This document shows positions 1 to 11,963 of a DNA stretch of 64,000 bases, piece after piece; position 1 is the first letter of the stretch; every line of letters begins with the position of its first letter. Under the pieces are notes generated by a model. The model had not been told where the DNA came from. It searched no databases and saw only the letters and a list, made by a program, of their open reading frames with translations. The stretch spans positions 6,729,708-6,793,707 of the forward strand of contig OZ316891.1 of assembly GCA_973895155.1 (NCBI GenBank). The letters run 5' to 3'. The translations under genes were made by a program, and so were the position numbers. The stretch is from Marsupella aquatica. Its lineage: Eukaryota > Plantae > Marchantiophyta.

Positions 1-107
1 TGTTGTTATGCACAGCTTTGCATGCCAGTTATGCATTAATTAAACGTACAAAAGCTTCACTCAAGCCTATTCGATTTCTGATGATCTTGAAATCTTTTTG
101 AATGCAG

Positions 108-2468
108 GAAAAGAAAGTTAAGGTTACGTTGGAGATCGTCCAACAGGTCAGAACGTTATCCCTTTTCCGTTTCCATTCCTCCCAAAGAGATACTCAAATA
201 AACTCATCCCTTATCTCCTATCTGCTTCTTGAGGGAAATTCACAGTCTCAGGCCCAAGTTTCCCAAACGAAGAGTTTCTGGGCCCTGCCAGAAACAAACA
301 ACTTTGTTTTTTGCACTATTAATTAATTAGATTAAGAAGGTGCTTTGTTTGTGTGAGTTTGTTTAATGTCTAGTTGTCTATCGTTTTGTGATAGTTTAAT
401 TGAGTAGATTGAAGAAATCCTAAACTATCGAGATAAGGCCGGCCTGGACAGATATAGATGGGGGGCGTATGAGCTAATTCTTTTTAGGTGATCGATCATT
501 TTGTTGTTATTACGTGATATTTGGTTTAACCTAGCTGTCATTTACTTCTTCTAGCTTGCTAGCAGACATGACCACACTAAACATGGCCTTTGGGGACCAA
601 ACTCAGTTGGTACTCGATCAGTTGTTCCTATCTCGCACCGATTTGTGTTCAAATTACCACTAGATCTGGCCTTCTAATACGTAAACTTGCTTATGCCTCT
701 GGCCGGCTCCATCACCGCTCTCAACACAAATTTTATCATTTATTCATTAATGAGTCTTTCTAAGAGCAGGCGTCCCGTTGGGCTTTATCATGAATTGACA
801 GTTTCATCGAATCTCGAAAACCAGTTCCCCTATGCTGACTATATATATATCTAGCTACTTAAGCTAGGACAACAGATCACTCTAAACTTACACAATCGAT
901 CTCTTAATTTCACCAGGCAACTTTGTTCCTAACTTTGTGACACTGGAGAAGAGACCAATATCCTGGCCCGGCCCCCACTGTGTTAATTAAGTACCTTGAC
1001 GGACCATATTAGGATAGTGCCTTGAATATTTTCCCACTCCTCTACTTTAGTCAACTTGAGGAGGCTATGCATTCCCAATTAAGAGTTGGCGATGCTCTAA
1101 GTTTCCCTGCCCAGAGATACTACCTTTTAATGGTTTATTTGCTAATGTCAGGCTTAATTTTCAAACGTACGTACACTAATGCATATATTTTTCTCACAGA
1201 TGGCTTGCAGATGGATGTACCAGTACATAGGGGCAAAAGATAAAAAGCTGATAGCTCATCCCCCATGCGTCAAGAAGATACCCAGGTACATTTGATTTTG
1301 AAAGATTTTGGTCCTAAATTAAATATTTAATTATAAAGACAAGAAGATGTGATAGATTACTTACATACAAGGGTAATTGGGGGTCACTTCCGATACGTAC
1401 TAACAAATGATCTCGTAGTACAGTAATTGGCGGGCTGAACAGGAAAAATTACAGAAAACCTACAGCAAGGACAACATCAAAACATATTACCCATCCAAAA
1501 AGGACTTCACTACCATAGGAGCTCCATGGGGACTTGACGCTCACCGGGTATGAGCGGGGGTATGAGTTTATTGTTACTAACTAACGTTGTTTAGGATTTC
1601 AGGTTAAAGTTTTTAACTAGAATATATCAAGTTTGTAGAGTCAATAATTATGCCTTTAATTTGAGTTCGACTTGAACACGTCTTTCTTGGCTGGCTTTCG
1701 ATCAATTTGCATAATTTTGTTCAGGTCGAAACTATTTTCGTGAATGAGCGGAAAAGAGTTCTTAAGAAAAATCCCGAGGCTAGGGAAAGACTGAAGAGCC
1801 ACTTCTCTCGGGATATCAGTAATACACTCAGGTTTGCTCTTTAAAGTTTTCTTGCAAACGAAAGCAATATTTGTGGAAAAGACTTTTTTAATTTGATGTC
1901 TCTCTAATCTAGTTTACTTGGCAAATTTGAAGATAGAATATCTGCATGGCTCTAACACCTGGTTTAGTAATCGTGATACCCGCCAAGACATTAGTGATAA
2001 AAATAAAATAAAAGTAAACGTGACTGATCTGATTTGTTATAGAGCTTGGCAAAGTCTCCACCCAGGAAGACGACTTCCATTGGCAGCTGAGAGGCAGAAG
2101 CTGGTTTCAACCACGGGCTTGACAGAAAAACAGGTAAAAGTACTGCGCCGTTGGCCTCATTAATTCCGTCAGCTAGGCCCTAATGAGGCAAATTTCGATA
2201 ACGTCCACAATTGCAGCATGGCTGAAATATTTCATGGCGTGCCTCAGGAATTGGATTTTTCGATCAGCCGTTTTTCTGTTACTCCATATATCTTGCTTTC
2301 TGTACCACGTTAGTTCCTAATATCGATCTCAGGAACGTTAATTAATTCACTTAAGATCGACCAGTTGAGTGTATGTTCGTATCTTGAATTATTTTTCAGA
2401 TTGAGTACTGGTTTAATAACCATGGAAGGGATCGCTCGAAGAAAGCAACAAATCGAACTAGCCCCTGA
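108..2468 (+). CDS. Tandem homeodomain protein, 3' part (TALE/BELL-like second homeodomain); 5' end probably upstream of the window
   Basis: Exons 108-146, 1200-1285, 1424-1547, 1725-1831, 2043-2133, 2400-2468 have GT-AG borders and consistent phase, and join into an open frame: EKKVKVTLEIVQQMACRWMYQYIGAKDKKLIAHPPCVKKIPSNWRAEQEKLQKTYSKDNIKTYYPSKKDFTTIGAPWGLDAHRVETIFVNERKRVLKKNPEARERLKSHFSRDISNTLRAWQSLHPGRRLPLAAERQKLVSTTGLTEKQIEYWFNNHGRDRSKKATNRTSP*. LRAW...TGLTEKQIEYWFNN is the TALE homeodomain pattern. The first exon is the least certain. Confidence 0.8.
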
Positions 2469-3014
2469 TTAGGAACGGATCGATCTCTCGATCTCAGCCA
2501 ATAAGAGGTGAGCACTTAGTGGAATACAACCTCTCAAAGAAAAACTGGACTTTGAAAATTGTTCCAGAGTACTATTTGTAGAGAAGTGAACCCATATAGC
2601 CCCCACTTGGCTCTCTAGCTGGTATCCTGACGTCGATAACAGTGCAATCAAGAGTTTCAAAATGAGGATTTCTTTATTATGTGGAACGATGCTCACTGTA
2701 TAATTTTGTCAATCCAAGAAGGGCCTCTCTACTTCTCACTCAATTAATCTAGCCAGTTCTATTTTTTACTCCAGAATCAGTCTATTCCTTTTCCAATGTA
2801 GTCCAGATACTATCTATAGGTCAGTTTGCTATTTCTCATCTAGCTTGATTGCTAGCTTAATCCACACAAAAGAAGTTATTGCCCTCTTGCAGCACTCATT
2901 TAGAATTAATCCAGAAGAACTAATATAAGGTAGATCGATGAAACATCCGATGGAAGTCTAGAGTAATTAACTATTTGATCTTTAATGCAGGACGGTGCGT
3001 GTATGCAATATGAT

Positions 3015-3301
3015 GAAGGAAAATGCCATCATTTTAGTGCGATACATATGACTCGGTGAACTTAACTCCCAGACGCAAGCACGTGCACCTCAATGCATTA
3101 TTGCCTAGCCTGACCTCTACTGGACATTTTTTAGTTTTTCATTTTGCTGTTCTTTTGGCAGCAGGGCTTCTCTTGCGTTCCTATGTGTAGAACAAGTGTA
3201 GAACAAGTTGAAGAAAAATGTCATCCTCTTAGTGACATATGACTCATTGAACTTCTAGAGGCAATTCAAGATCGAACATGCACCTCGATGCATTATTGCC
3301 T
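3015..3301. repeat. Diverged direct repeat of about 90 bp (about 3015-3106 and 3211-3301)
   Basis: Both copies share gaa.aaaatg.catc..ttagtg..catatgactc..tgaactt...tgcacctc.atgcattattgcct. Confidence 0.6.
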
Positions 3302-3655
3302 GAAAAGACTGGACTCCAATTTGCTTAAATTTTTTTGTAGTTTCCATAGTGCTTTCATTTTCGGCGTCTGGCCCCTTTTGCGTTCAGATAGATCCAGTTT
3401 TACTAGAATTCATATATATCTCTTCTATGTCTTCTTTTGGTCTTTTGTCTGCTCACCAAATGTTTAATATCTCTGCTGCAAGATCTAGTGCTATCATTAA
3501 TTTGTGACCCAACATTGAGCCAATACTTTACAATATCTTCATCTGAGTGATTCCTGCAATCATTTCCTTAGTAAGACAGTCTCCATCTCTGCAAGTTTTC
3601 TAGTTGCTTGCAAAAGGTGATGATTTATGCTAACTAAGGAGAGGGAACCACCAAT

Positions 3656-4155
3656 TGTTGAGTATCTAGTGATATTGTGGTACATAACCAGGGTCACGAG
3701 TTGATCCGGAAATCTGGACTAGGATGATAGATCTTCGATCAATTGAGCTGGGGGCATTGGGAATTCTCTACAAACCCAAGATTACTAGTAGAGTTCTACA
3801 ATTGGTGTGAGAGAATGATTACAATGACCAGAATTGAGGAAATTAAAGCTACAGTGACATACAGCAATGAGGTTCCTCACCACTAAGAGCTAAAACTAGG
3901 CTAATCTACAAAATGGACAACACATTGGCGTGTCCCTAAAAGGGTAGTGACACTTCATATATATGAAGAGTAAGAGTTAAATGAAGAGTAAGAGTTAAAG
4001 ATCTATGAATGATAGAGATCCCTATATAGATTGGTGAATAAACCAATCTCTAATATTACAGTTGTGTTATGTTGGGCATATAGTTTAACAAAATAATACT
4101 ATATAACAAATCATGAATTATATTTGAATGGGGAAATTATTTCTAACACTCAATA
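3656..4155. mobile_element. Possible degenerate solo LTR
   Basis: Starts TGTTGAGTAT and ends ACACTCAATA (imperfect inverted termini), with an internal TATA-like tract. No target-site duplication found. Confidence 0.25.
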
Positions 4156-5456
4156 CTTGTCGCGGAAAGATAATTGGCATACTCATGCGGAAGCCATGAT
4201 CTTTGCCACCCACATGCCTCCAAACCAAAACCTAGGTTTTGACAACCCCTTAAACGTCTTTCAATTGACTTAAATCCCAAAGTCTGCATCTCAGACCGAG
4301 ACTCATCTTTTTCTGTGTCATTAATTTTGACCCTTGTCAAACCTATGATGATCTATGCTTTAATTCAATGGGAGAGTTGAAGAGTTACACTTCAACCTCG
4401 TCTTCAATCAACTAATAAAGGAAATAAAATTGAATGTCAATTATTTGACACAAACTGAGCTTTTTAATGGCTAACCCTTGTTGCTCACAAAAATATAGAT
4501 AAAGATGTATTTTAGAAATATGGTGAAATCAGTTATCAATGTACAATTAACACGATTTCGGACCGAACGAGAACTATTTCCTCTAAACGAGAAGTGTATT
4601 TTCATTTTCCGCCGAATCTCGCGAAATCAGCAGTTTTTTTCATCAAAAACATGTTTTTGGGGAAATAATGTAATTCGTATCGGAGTTCGGATTGAAACAG
4701 CAAATTTAATAATGATCAAAACCAATGAAATTCATGCTAACAAACATTCATATTATCAAGGAACAATTAGATCCGAAAAACTTTCTCCTCAACCTCATAT
4801 TCACGCTCTCCGAAGATATATGAAAGGTCTTATCTATAAATCCATATCCACGTTTCGAGCCAAGTGCGATAACTGTATCGGACTCCGGATTTGAGCCACG
4901 AAAGCTCCGACCCAATCTCAGTTTTCTCAGTTTTTGGATATTTACCAAAAATATTTTACATCACAGTCGATAAGAATTACTGCACGGTTCGTCAAACTTA
5001 CCTTGCAGTTACCTCCGCAATTGACCAGTTACCTCCGCAAGTGACCATAGTCAACATGCCATTCTTTCAACAGCAATGCGCAGTCCGATAAAATTATCGC
5101 GAAAACTACGGGCGACAAAAATACTAGTCGACAATACTAAGATCCTTCGGTTCATCGGTTAAATTTCAAAATTCCTATCCATATGAAGAAAACTCTTTGC
5201 AATACCAACATCAGATAAATTTATCGCTTCAATTTCAAAATTGCAACTTCCATATGAAGGAACCACTTTTGCAATACCAACATCAGATAAATACACTCTG
5301 AACCACACAACCCAAAGTCAGGGGAGGCAAAGTCAATTACATTCAAAGTGTTTCTTTACAAGCTCTTCTCGAGCAAACCTTAGAGCACCCAAAATCGACT
5401 AGAGGAATGAGGAGTGCGATAAATTTATCAGATGTTTGCAGCAATGCCTCATCCAC

Positions 5457-6005
5457 TCAGACTCGTCCATGCCATGCAAGAATTATCCGCTTCCCGCTTT
5501 CTCCAAGATTTATCCAAACTCTACGAAACTGATCTAACTGCTCATACGAAAAGCACCCAAGCATATCTATGGGAGGGAGGAAATGAGTTTCCTCTCGGAA
5601 GACCCTAGCAATATGTATGTTTGAGAGAAGGTCGGCATTAGGAATGCTTGCGAGCATTTTGTTTATGTCATTGATCTCACGGACTGGATATTTCAATAGC
5701 GCCCAAAATCGTGTACCAACAACAAGATGGTTCCATTTCTTTGAGGTGGCTCCAAGACAAATGATTGTTCTCATTCGAGTCAGTCGTTCTTCTGGTAGAA
5801 GTTTTAGGTCAAGGCCAAGGTGTTCATCTTGTGTGCAAGACAAGGCTAGGAGGGGCCAAATGTGAGATTCAACGAGTTGATCGGGAAGTCCATTCAACAA
5901 ACTTCCGCATTCCACACCGGGCACTTTTCCTCGAATATATTTCCTACGCTCGTGGGCTAAAACGGATCCCATCTTTGCAACGATTAGATTCTCTGATGCA
6001 GCCAT
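5457..6005 (-). CDS. F-box-like protein (182 aa), intronless cargo of the TIR element
   Basis: Intact ATG-to-stop ORF. LLNGLPDQLVESHIWPLL...ICLGATSKKWNHLV fits the F-box pattern (LPxxLLxxIxxxL...LxxxSKxWxxL) with an insertion between the helices. Confidence 0.6.
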   Translation of the reverse strand: MAASENLIVAKMGSVLAHERRKYIRGKVPGVECGSLLNGLPDQLVESHIWPLLALSCTQDEHLGLDLKLLPEERLTRMRTIICLGATSKKWNHLVVGTRFWALLKYPVREINDINKMLASIPNADLLSNIHIARVFREETHFLPPIDMLGCFSYEQLDQFRRVWINLGESGKRIILAWHGRV

Positions 6006-6198
6006 GAAGCAGAGCTACCAAAACCACCAATAAAAATACCTTCAATCACCAGGTGTAACCGAACACATCCACAGTACCAACCCTGCACGATAGTTTAACG
6101 ATTAGGACTCGTGACGTATTATATTCATTGCGCAAGGGTAGGACTTGTTTATTTAAATATGTCCTTACAAGACGCGCCTCAATGAAAGGTCAAAACAC

Positions 6199-6720
6199 TC
6201 ATCGTGAAAGGTTCACCCAAGGGTCTTCGTTCCAAATCTTACAACAGAAGTGAGCCTGTTTGTGGTACTTGTTGTCAAGACGACGACAACAATAGTTACA
6301 AGAAAACTCCAAAGAATGTAAACACGCCGTTAACATCAACCTCGAACGAATTGGAACTAGCTCCTGCATCATTCATTCCGCAGAATTCAATGCGGAGAGG
6401 ATTCTGCCTATCTCCAGGATCAGTACCACCCATCCACAATGCTCCTATACCGATGGGGAGAACTTTGAGTCGCACGAGTCTCTTGTACAACCGGTGTGCA
6501 CGTTTGACACGATTTTCAAGGAAGACAGCCATTTGTCACAATACCTATTGTCCACGGAGTGCAATCGACCTTCCGTTGTGCCTCCTAAACCCGACAACAG
6601 TGCGACATCAGAGATGAAGATGAGTCTCCAAACAAAACAAAGGAAAATTATTCTCACAGGAGGATGCGATAAGTATATCGCACTCCGCATTCGAATTGAA
6701 AATATGACTTCCTCAGACAC
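6199..6720 (-). pseudogene. Second cargo frame of the TIR element, Cys/His-rich C-terminus, two in-frame stops
   Basis: One frame runs 174 codons with only TAG (6445-6447) and TGA (6373-6375), each one C>T change from CAG/CGA. It ends ...TACLHSLEFSCNYCCRRLDNKYHKQAHFCCKIWNEDPWVNLSR*. The start is not defined. Confidence 0.4.
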
Positions 6721-7094
6721 CTAAGCCCTGAATTCAATCTTTCACAAAAATGACAACTCCGATAAATTTATTGGATTCTCAATTACTCCTCTTTCCATGA
6801 AAGGAATGAAGACTCCGATAAATTTATCGGAATGAAGGCAACACCTCTCTAAACACTGGATCAAATGATTGCAACAGAGGAATGCAGAATGCGATAAATT
6901 TATCGCAGTCCGCTCGGATCTGGACATTTTACATTTAATGACTAGTTAGTCTTACATGGAGAACTTGAACAGGAATGACTGTTCCGATAAATTTATCGGG
7001 TTTTTGGTAGAAAGAGTCGAATCGCTTGGGAGGAATGTAAGACTCGATGGGAGTTTGGTATTCGCTCTCAGTCAGGAGATGGGCAGCCCACTCC

Positions 7095-7106
7095 TCTTTA
7101 TATAGG
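7095..7106 (-). promoter_or_regulatory. TATA-box candidate directing transcription toward the cargo ORFs
   Basis: Minus strand reads CCTATATAAAGA, a plant-type TATA context, upstream of both minus-strand cargo frames. Confidence 0.45.
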
Positions 7107-9149
7107 AGACGCTCTAAACCATGGTTAATTTCCCCTTAACCATGGTTAAGTTTCCCCTTTACCTGGGTTAGTGCGTGGTCGTTCCTGGATTACGCGGTTC
7201 GGACCAAGTTACTCGCAGTTCGGACTTTTTCACTGACGGAATGTAAAACCCGATGCACGTATCGCTCCCTGCATTCCCGCGGCGATGCAATGGAGGAAAG
7301 TGGCGTTTCGGAGAGTTTTTGCCAGTTTTATCGGTCATTGCATTGCCTTAGAAAAAAAATGGGATCGGGCTAAACGAGAATTCCGACACACTTCTCGGTC
7401 GGTCCGAAATCGTGTTAATTGTATTTATTGGTGCTGATGTAGTCCTAGTGCAAGATCTGAGTTACCAGTACAAGAAATCAATTGATACATTTCCAGGTCA
7501 CTAGAGTGACTTATAAGTATAATTGAAGTTCAATCTAGACTGCAGGACCACATATGATGTCAATAGGGGCTACACATGCAAGATGACCATAACTAATATC
7601 AGATATGAAATTCAGGTGATGGAAGTAGTGGAGCGCTCGGATACACCATGATGACTACTCGAGTGAGTTTAGTGAAGGTCACAACTCCTACCACCCTGCT
7701 CATTTTTTGTGGGATTTACTTGAGACCCGCTCTATCAAAATTCTAATTCCAAATTCAGATCAAAATTGCTAAATCTACTTTAGTGGGAGAAGTAATTTCA
7801 ACCGACCAATCATAATTTGAATAGAATCCATTTCTTTGATCAAAATTAATTTTGTTCTCTCAGCTAGTTCCTTGTCAGAGTGCCCCTGGTAAAATATAGA
7901 GTTTAGTAGGCTAAAATAAAACTTAACATGATCAATTGAGTATATGTCATTATGAAGAATTAATAAAAGATTGCTTTATAAAAGGGAATCGGTGGCATAC
8001 CCAGATAATTATGAGCATAGGCTGCAAAAAATGCATTACTCAAATTTGGTTTATGAGAAACTACATTTCATATATATAGAGCATATGAAGTGAAATGGCC
8101 TCACTTGGACCAGGAATCGGACTGCAGTTCTACAAATAAGTTGCAGTAAGAAGTGTCTCTCCCCAAAAAGAGAGACCTGTTCTGGACAAAATCTGTAATT
8201 GTTTGGGTTTTCCATTCAGCTGCCATTTAGTGCCTTTTTTAATACACTAATCATCAAAAGCGATCAATGTACCCTTTGATCTCTAATAGAACCCAGTATT
8301 TTCACAATATTTTCAGAAAGTGCTAAATGCAATGAAATGGTTGAGGGCCTCAGACTTTTGCTTGATCATTGTAGTGAGTGGGAAAATTCATCTATGAAAT
8401 CATGATATGAAATATCAAAAACCAGAATATGTTTGTGGGGATATTGAGCCACATATGTCAAGATGCACTAACCCAAGTAATTCAGTAGCCCAAAATCAAA
8501 TACAATTTGTAGGAAAAAGTAAGCAATTTTGGTTTACATGAACACAAGTTGTCAAAGTGGATAAACAGTTAGCTAGAGGGATCAAATTAAAAATAAGAAT
8601 TCAATCTTTCTTCAACTCCAAATGGGGGGCCAGATGTAGTACTAGGAAGTACAATGTCTTCTACCTTAAACCATGGACCACCAGGTTTAACCTCCCCAAA
8701 TTAACCTTGAGCAAGCAACTTGGTACCTCTAGCACCTCCGACGGCAACTCCCATAGATACAAAGCTGCACTTGCTCCTTAACATGACTGTCGTTTAACGG
8801 TCCTCACTGTTTGCACAAGCAACCCAAACACCTAGGTACTAAGTAACCCTACAAGATCTAGTAACTCTAAGACTAGTGTCTCAACTCAAGCTCAACAAAT
8901 GTTCGTAAGTAGGCTAGTGAATAGAACCTCATGGGCCTGCATGGCCTTGCCATAAGCAGAAACCAGAGCCGACACAAAATGTTTGTAGAGAATAACCCCA
9001 CTACCATGCCGCCCGTGCTTCCCCACTTTCTATTCATTATTGACTGACCGCCCTGCCCCTAGGCAAATCCCTAGGACATGTTCATGGCTCAAGTAAGCTA
9101 GCTTGTCCTGAAGCTTGTCCTAAACACCAGGACCAGTTTGGCTCTGACT

Positions 9150-10340
9150 TCTTGGGCCCACAGTCTTAGATAATAATTAATATGCGGAGTACATATGAAC
9201 CCTTGAAGGTTGGTTTTTATTCATTTTCAATAACAAGACAACTTATAGAAAAGCAGAAATAATAAGGGGCAAGAGCAATGGGGTCAGGATTGCAGGGGGT
9301 GAAGATTTCACTAATTTTACTTGGACTAAGGACCCAAGGCCCCAACTCTAGCAACCATCTCCAAGGTTTCACCCAAGTGAGAGTCTAGTGGCCAAATGCA
9401 ATTGGATCTCAACACCCATGCCTACTCTGCATTGCCTCCCCAACGCAAGCTCCTGACCAATGGAAAGCTGAATGCGGCTTGGCCGCTATTTCTGCAGGAT
9501 TTGGCAAGCGGGAAAAATAACCCTTGCAATTTCAAGACCCAAAAGCACCCCTAGACCCATTTGAGCTCAGGAGAAAGTAATTTTCCTCAATATCTTTCCA
9601 ACGCATCCAAGAAGTCCTCCAACATACATCCCATTGAGAAGTTATCACCATTTTCATTTGACATTTTTTCTTAGTGTCGCGACCGTCACGACTCATGACT
9701 TGGGCTCGCCCTTGGCCCCTAGGGAGACACCACTCCACTCATTTATACTTTTGGAGACCTTCCACCCTTGGACCGACTTTGGTCCCCTATATTTGGCCCT
9801 CAACCTATACTCCAACCCCCGCTCCAACCCACATGCATGGACACGCAACTAACTTATATAACCATAACTTTCTAGCTAGTAAGACATTCATAAGGACGTG
9901 AAGTGCCCTAGTTCGTTGTGATTGGGTCAACCCAGTGCTCATGGCTAGGCTCTCAGAACCCGTCATCAGCCAAGGATCTCGGACGGCCACACTCAGGCCC
10001 CACCGTATCTCATGCGCCAAACGTCCATTGCGCATGAAGTAAACTTTGTTAGCCTTGGGCCCAAGAGGAGCTCTCGCTCAAGACTTCAGAACTCAAAATC
10101 CATCCAAGTGTTTGGACGAACCACCTTGAGCCTAGCCTCCCTGGGCCCTCACTCCGTGTAAAAGAAGTGGACCCCCTGCGATCGGGCCTTTTTCCTGTTT
10201 ACCCCTTGTTATTTTCATTTTACTATTAAAAGTTCCCTTATTACCAGTAATAATTATAATTATTAGTTCAAAATTAATAAAAACTACCCTTCGAGCGTTC
10301 ACACGTCCTCCATGTATTAGTTAAGACTGAGGGCCCAGGG
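9150..10340. mobile_element. Foldback/MULE-like non-autonomous element with long (about 190 bp) degenerate inverted arms
   Basis: About 9150-9342 is the reverse complement of about 10140-10340 (e.g. ggattgcagggggt...cactaattttac vs gtaaaagaagtggaccccctgcgatc). The internal part recurs at about 36475-37770. No TSD resolved. Confidence 0.6.
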
Positions 10341-11963
10341 CCTAGCCTTTCCAATGACCCAACCAAATCCATGCTAATTTAAGTACTTAGTGTGCGTCAC
10401 CAGCTTAGCGCATTGCCCTTGCTAGTGCATCACCTCATTACCCACTAGTCTCCTCATACTTAGTCCCTCATTACCCACTAGTCCTCATACTTAGTCCTCA
10501 CCAGATGACCATTTTGGAATCTTGGACCCTAGAGGAACTTGGCGTCCGAGTCAACAATGCCCAAACTAAGTGTTGGGATAATCGAGTTACACAACTAATT
10601 GTGGAATGCAATGTGATTACTAACAGTTGCTTTAGGTCCTTAAAGCTTATGTTTATCAAGTGTCTGTGTATGATACAAGAGCATATGCCCAAGCTAATGT
10701 TCTTAGATTTGTTTTTCCAAGGGGAGTATTTCAGACATTCTATGCTAGATGGTCCAAAGCCCTTCTGTCACAAGCTCAAGATTAAGCACTCCCATGATTG
10801 TAATACTTACAGCATTAATAACAGTACATCTTATAATCTGAGAAGCTACCACATTAGTGACACTTGCTTCATTTAGAAGAAGGAACCAGGAGAGAAATTA
10901 CTACAGGTAACTAAATTATAGGAAGCCGCCAAGTTATTAAAAGCAACCAGCAAGAAGACCAGCAGAGAAATTACTACTGGTAACTAAACTATAGGAAGCA
11001 GACAATTTATTAACAACAACCAGCATATGTGGAACATTCCATTATAGTTCACAAAGTAGTTGTTTAGTTGGGAGATCTGTTAAACTATGAGTAAGAAATG
11101 AGATCTTAGAATCTATTCTATTCCTCATAACTATCATTGAAGTATGCTGTACTACTTTTGATAACATACCTATCATTGAAGCATTCTGTAGTACTTTGGA
11201 TGAAATTTCATGCCATTGTGAATCAGGTTTCCACTATGCAACACATCGTTGGTGCACACAAGAGGCTTGCTTTTTTTATTCTCACAACAGGACCTTGAGA
11301 GAAGATGCTAAGATTTTTCTTAATGCCAATTTCATGTATTGATTGTTGACCATTAGATCTCCCCAGATTTCAGGGTAACCAGTGCCCAGAACTATAAGTT
11401 TTTCTTGCGGGCCAGATTGTGACTAATGGACCTGGTGGTGTGGTGGGAAATGGGCCAATAAGACAAAGGAAAATCGAAAATTATGACCCGGGTAAGTACT
11501 TTCCTGTAGGCTCCCTGAGACTTAGAAATTGACGCACAAGAGAGCTCAAGGCAATTAAAATGACAATTTTCATCACTATCCAAAGGTTAGGAACAGACTG
11601 CAGCACCTGTACTGTATAAAAGCATTGTTCTAGACGTCCAGCCAGTGCCAACAATCCCTGATGCCATCACCGACAATTCCAGAAATATAGCAACAGTCTT
11701 CTCAATTCATGGGGTCAACAGTACATCCTTTTGCAGCCACCAGATTGGGAGATTTACTCTAGCACAATTTTACAAACTACCCGTTAATCCTAAAAAGACG
11801 CTCTCACCAATGAACTGGCATTTATTCAGTCCATCAAAAACACAACCTGACTGTCTCTTTGGGCCGGCCCATCAAGATCTTAGTAGAAAGCTGAAACATA
11901 ACCACATATAACCAGATAGCCCTTTGTTCTTAGAGGATGTCACAAAATCCCTTCAAAGCGTTT

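Larger units (their letters stand above)
4544..7421. mobile_element. Non-autonomous TIR DNA transposon with TA target-site duplication (Tc1/mariner-type ends), carrying cargo ORFs
   Basis: Left end CAATTAACACGATTTCGGACCGAACGAGAA (4544-4573) matches the reverse complement of 7392-7421 at 29/30 positions. TA flanks both ends (4542-4543, 7422-7423). No transposase-sized ORF inside. Confidence 0.85.

Noticed and set aside
1211-1285. In-frame stop (MDVPVHRGKR*) suggesting the homeobox gene is a pseudogene
   Set aside because: The frame starting at 1200, spliced to the acceptor at 1423/1424, is open and in phase with the downstream exons.
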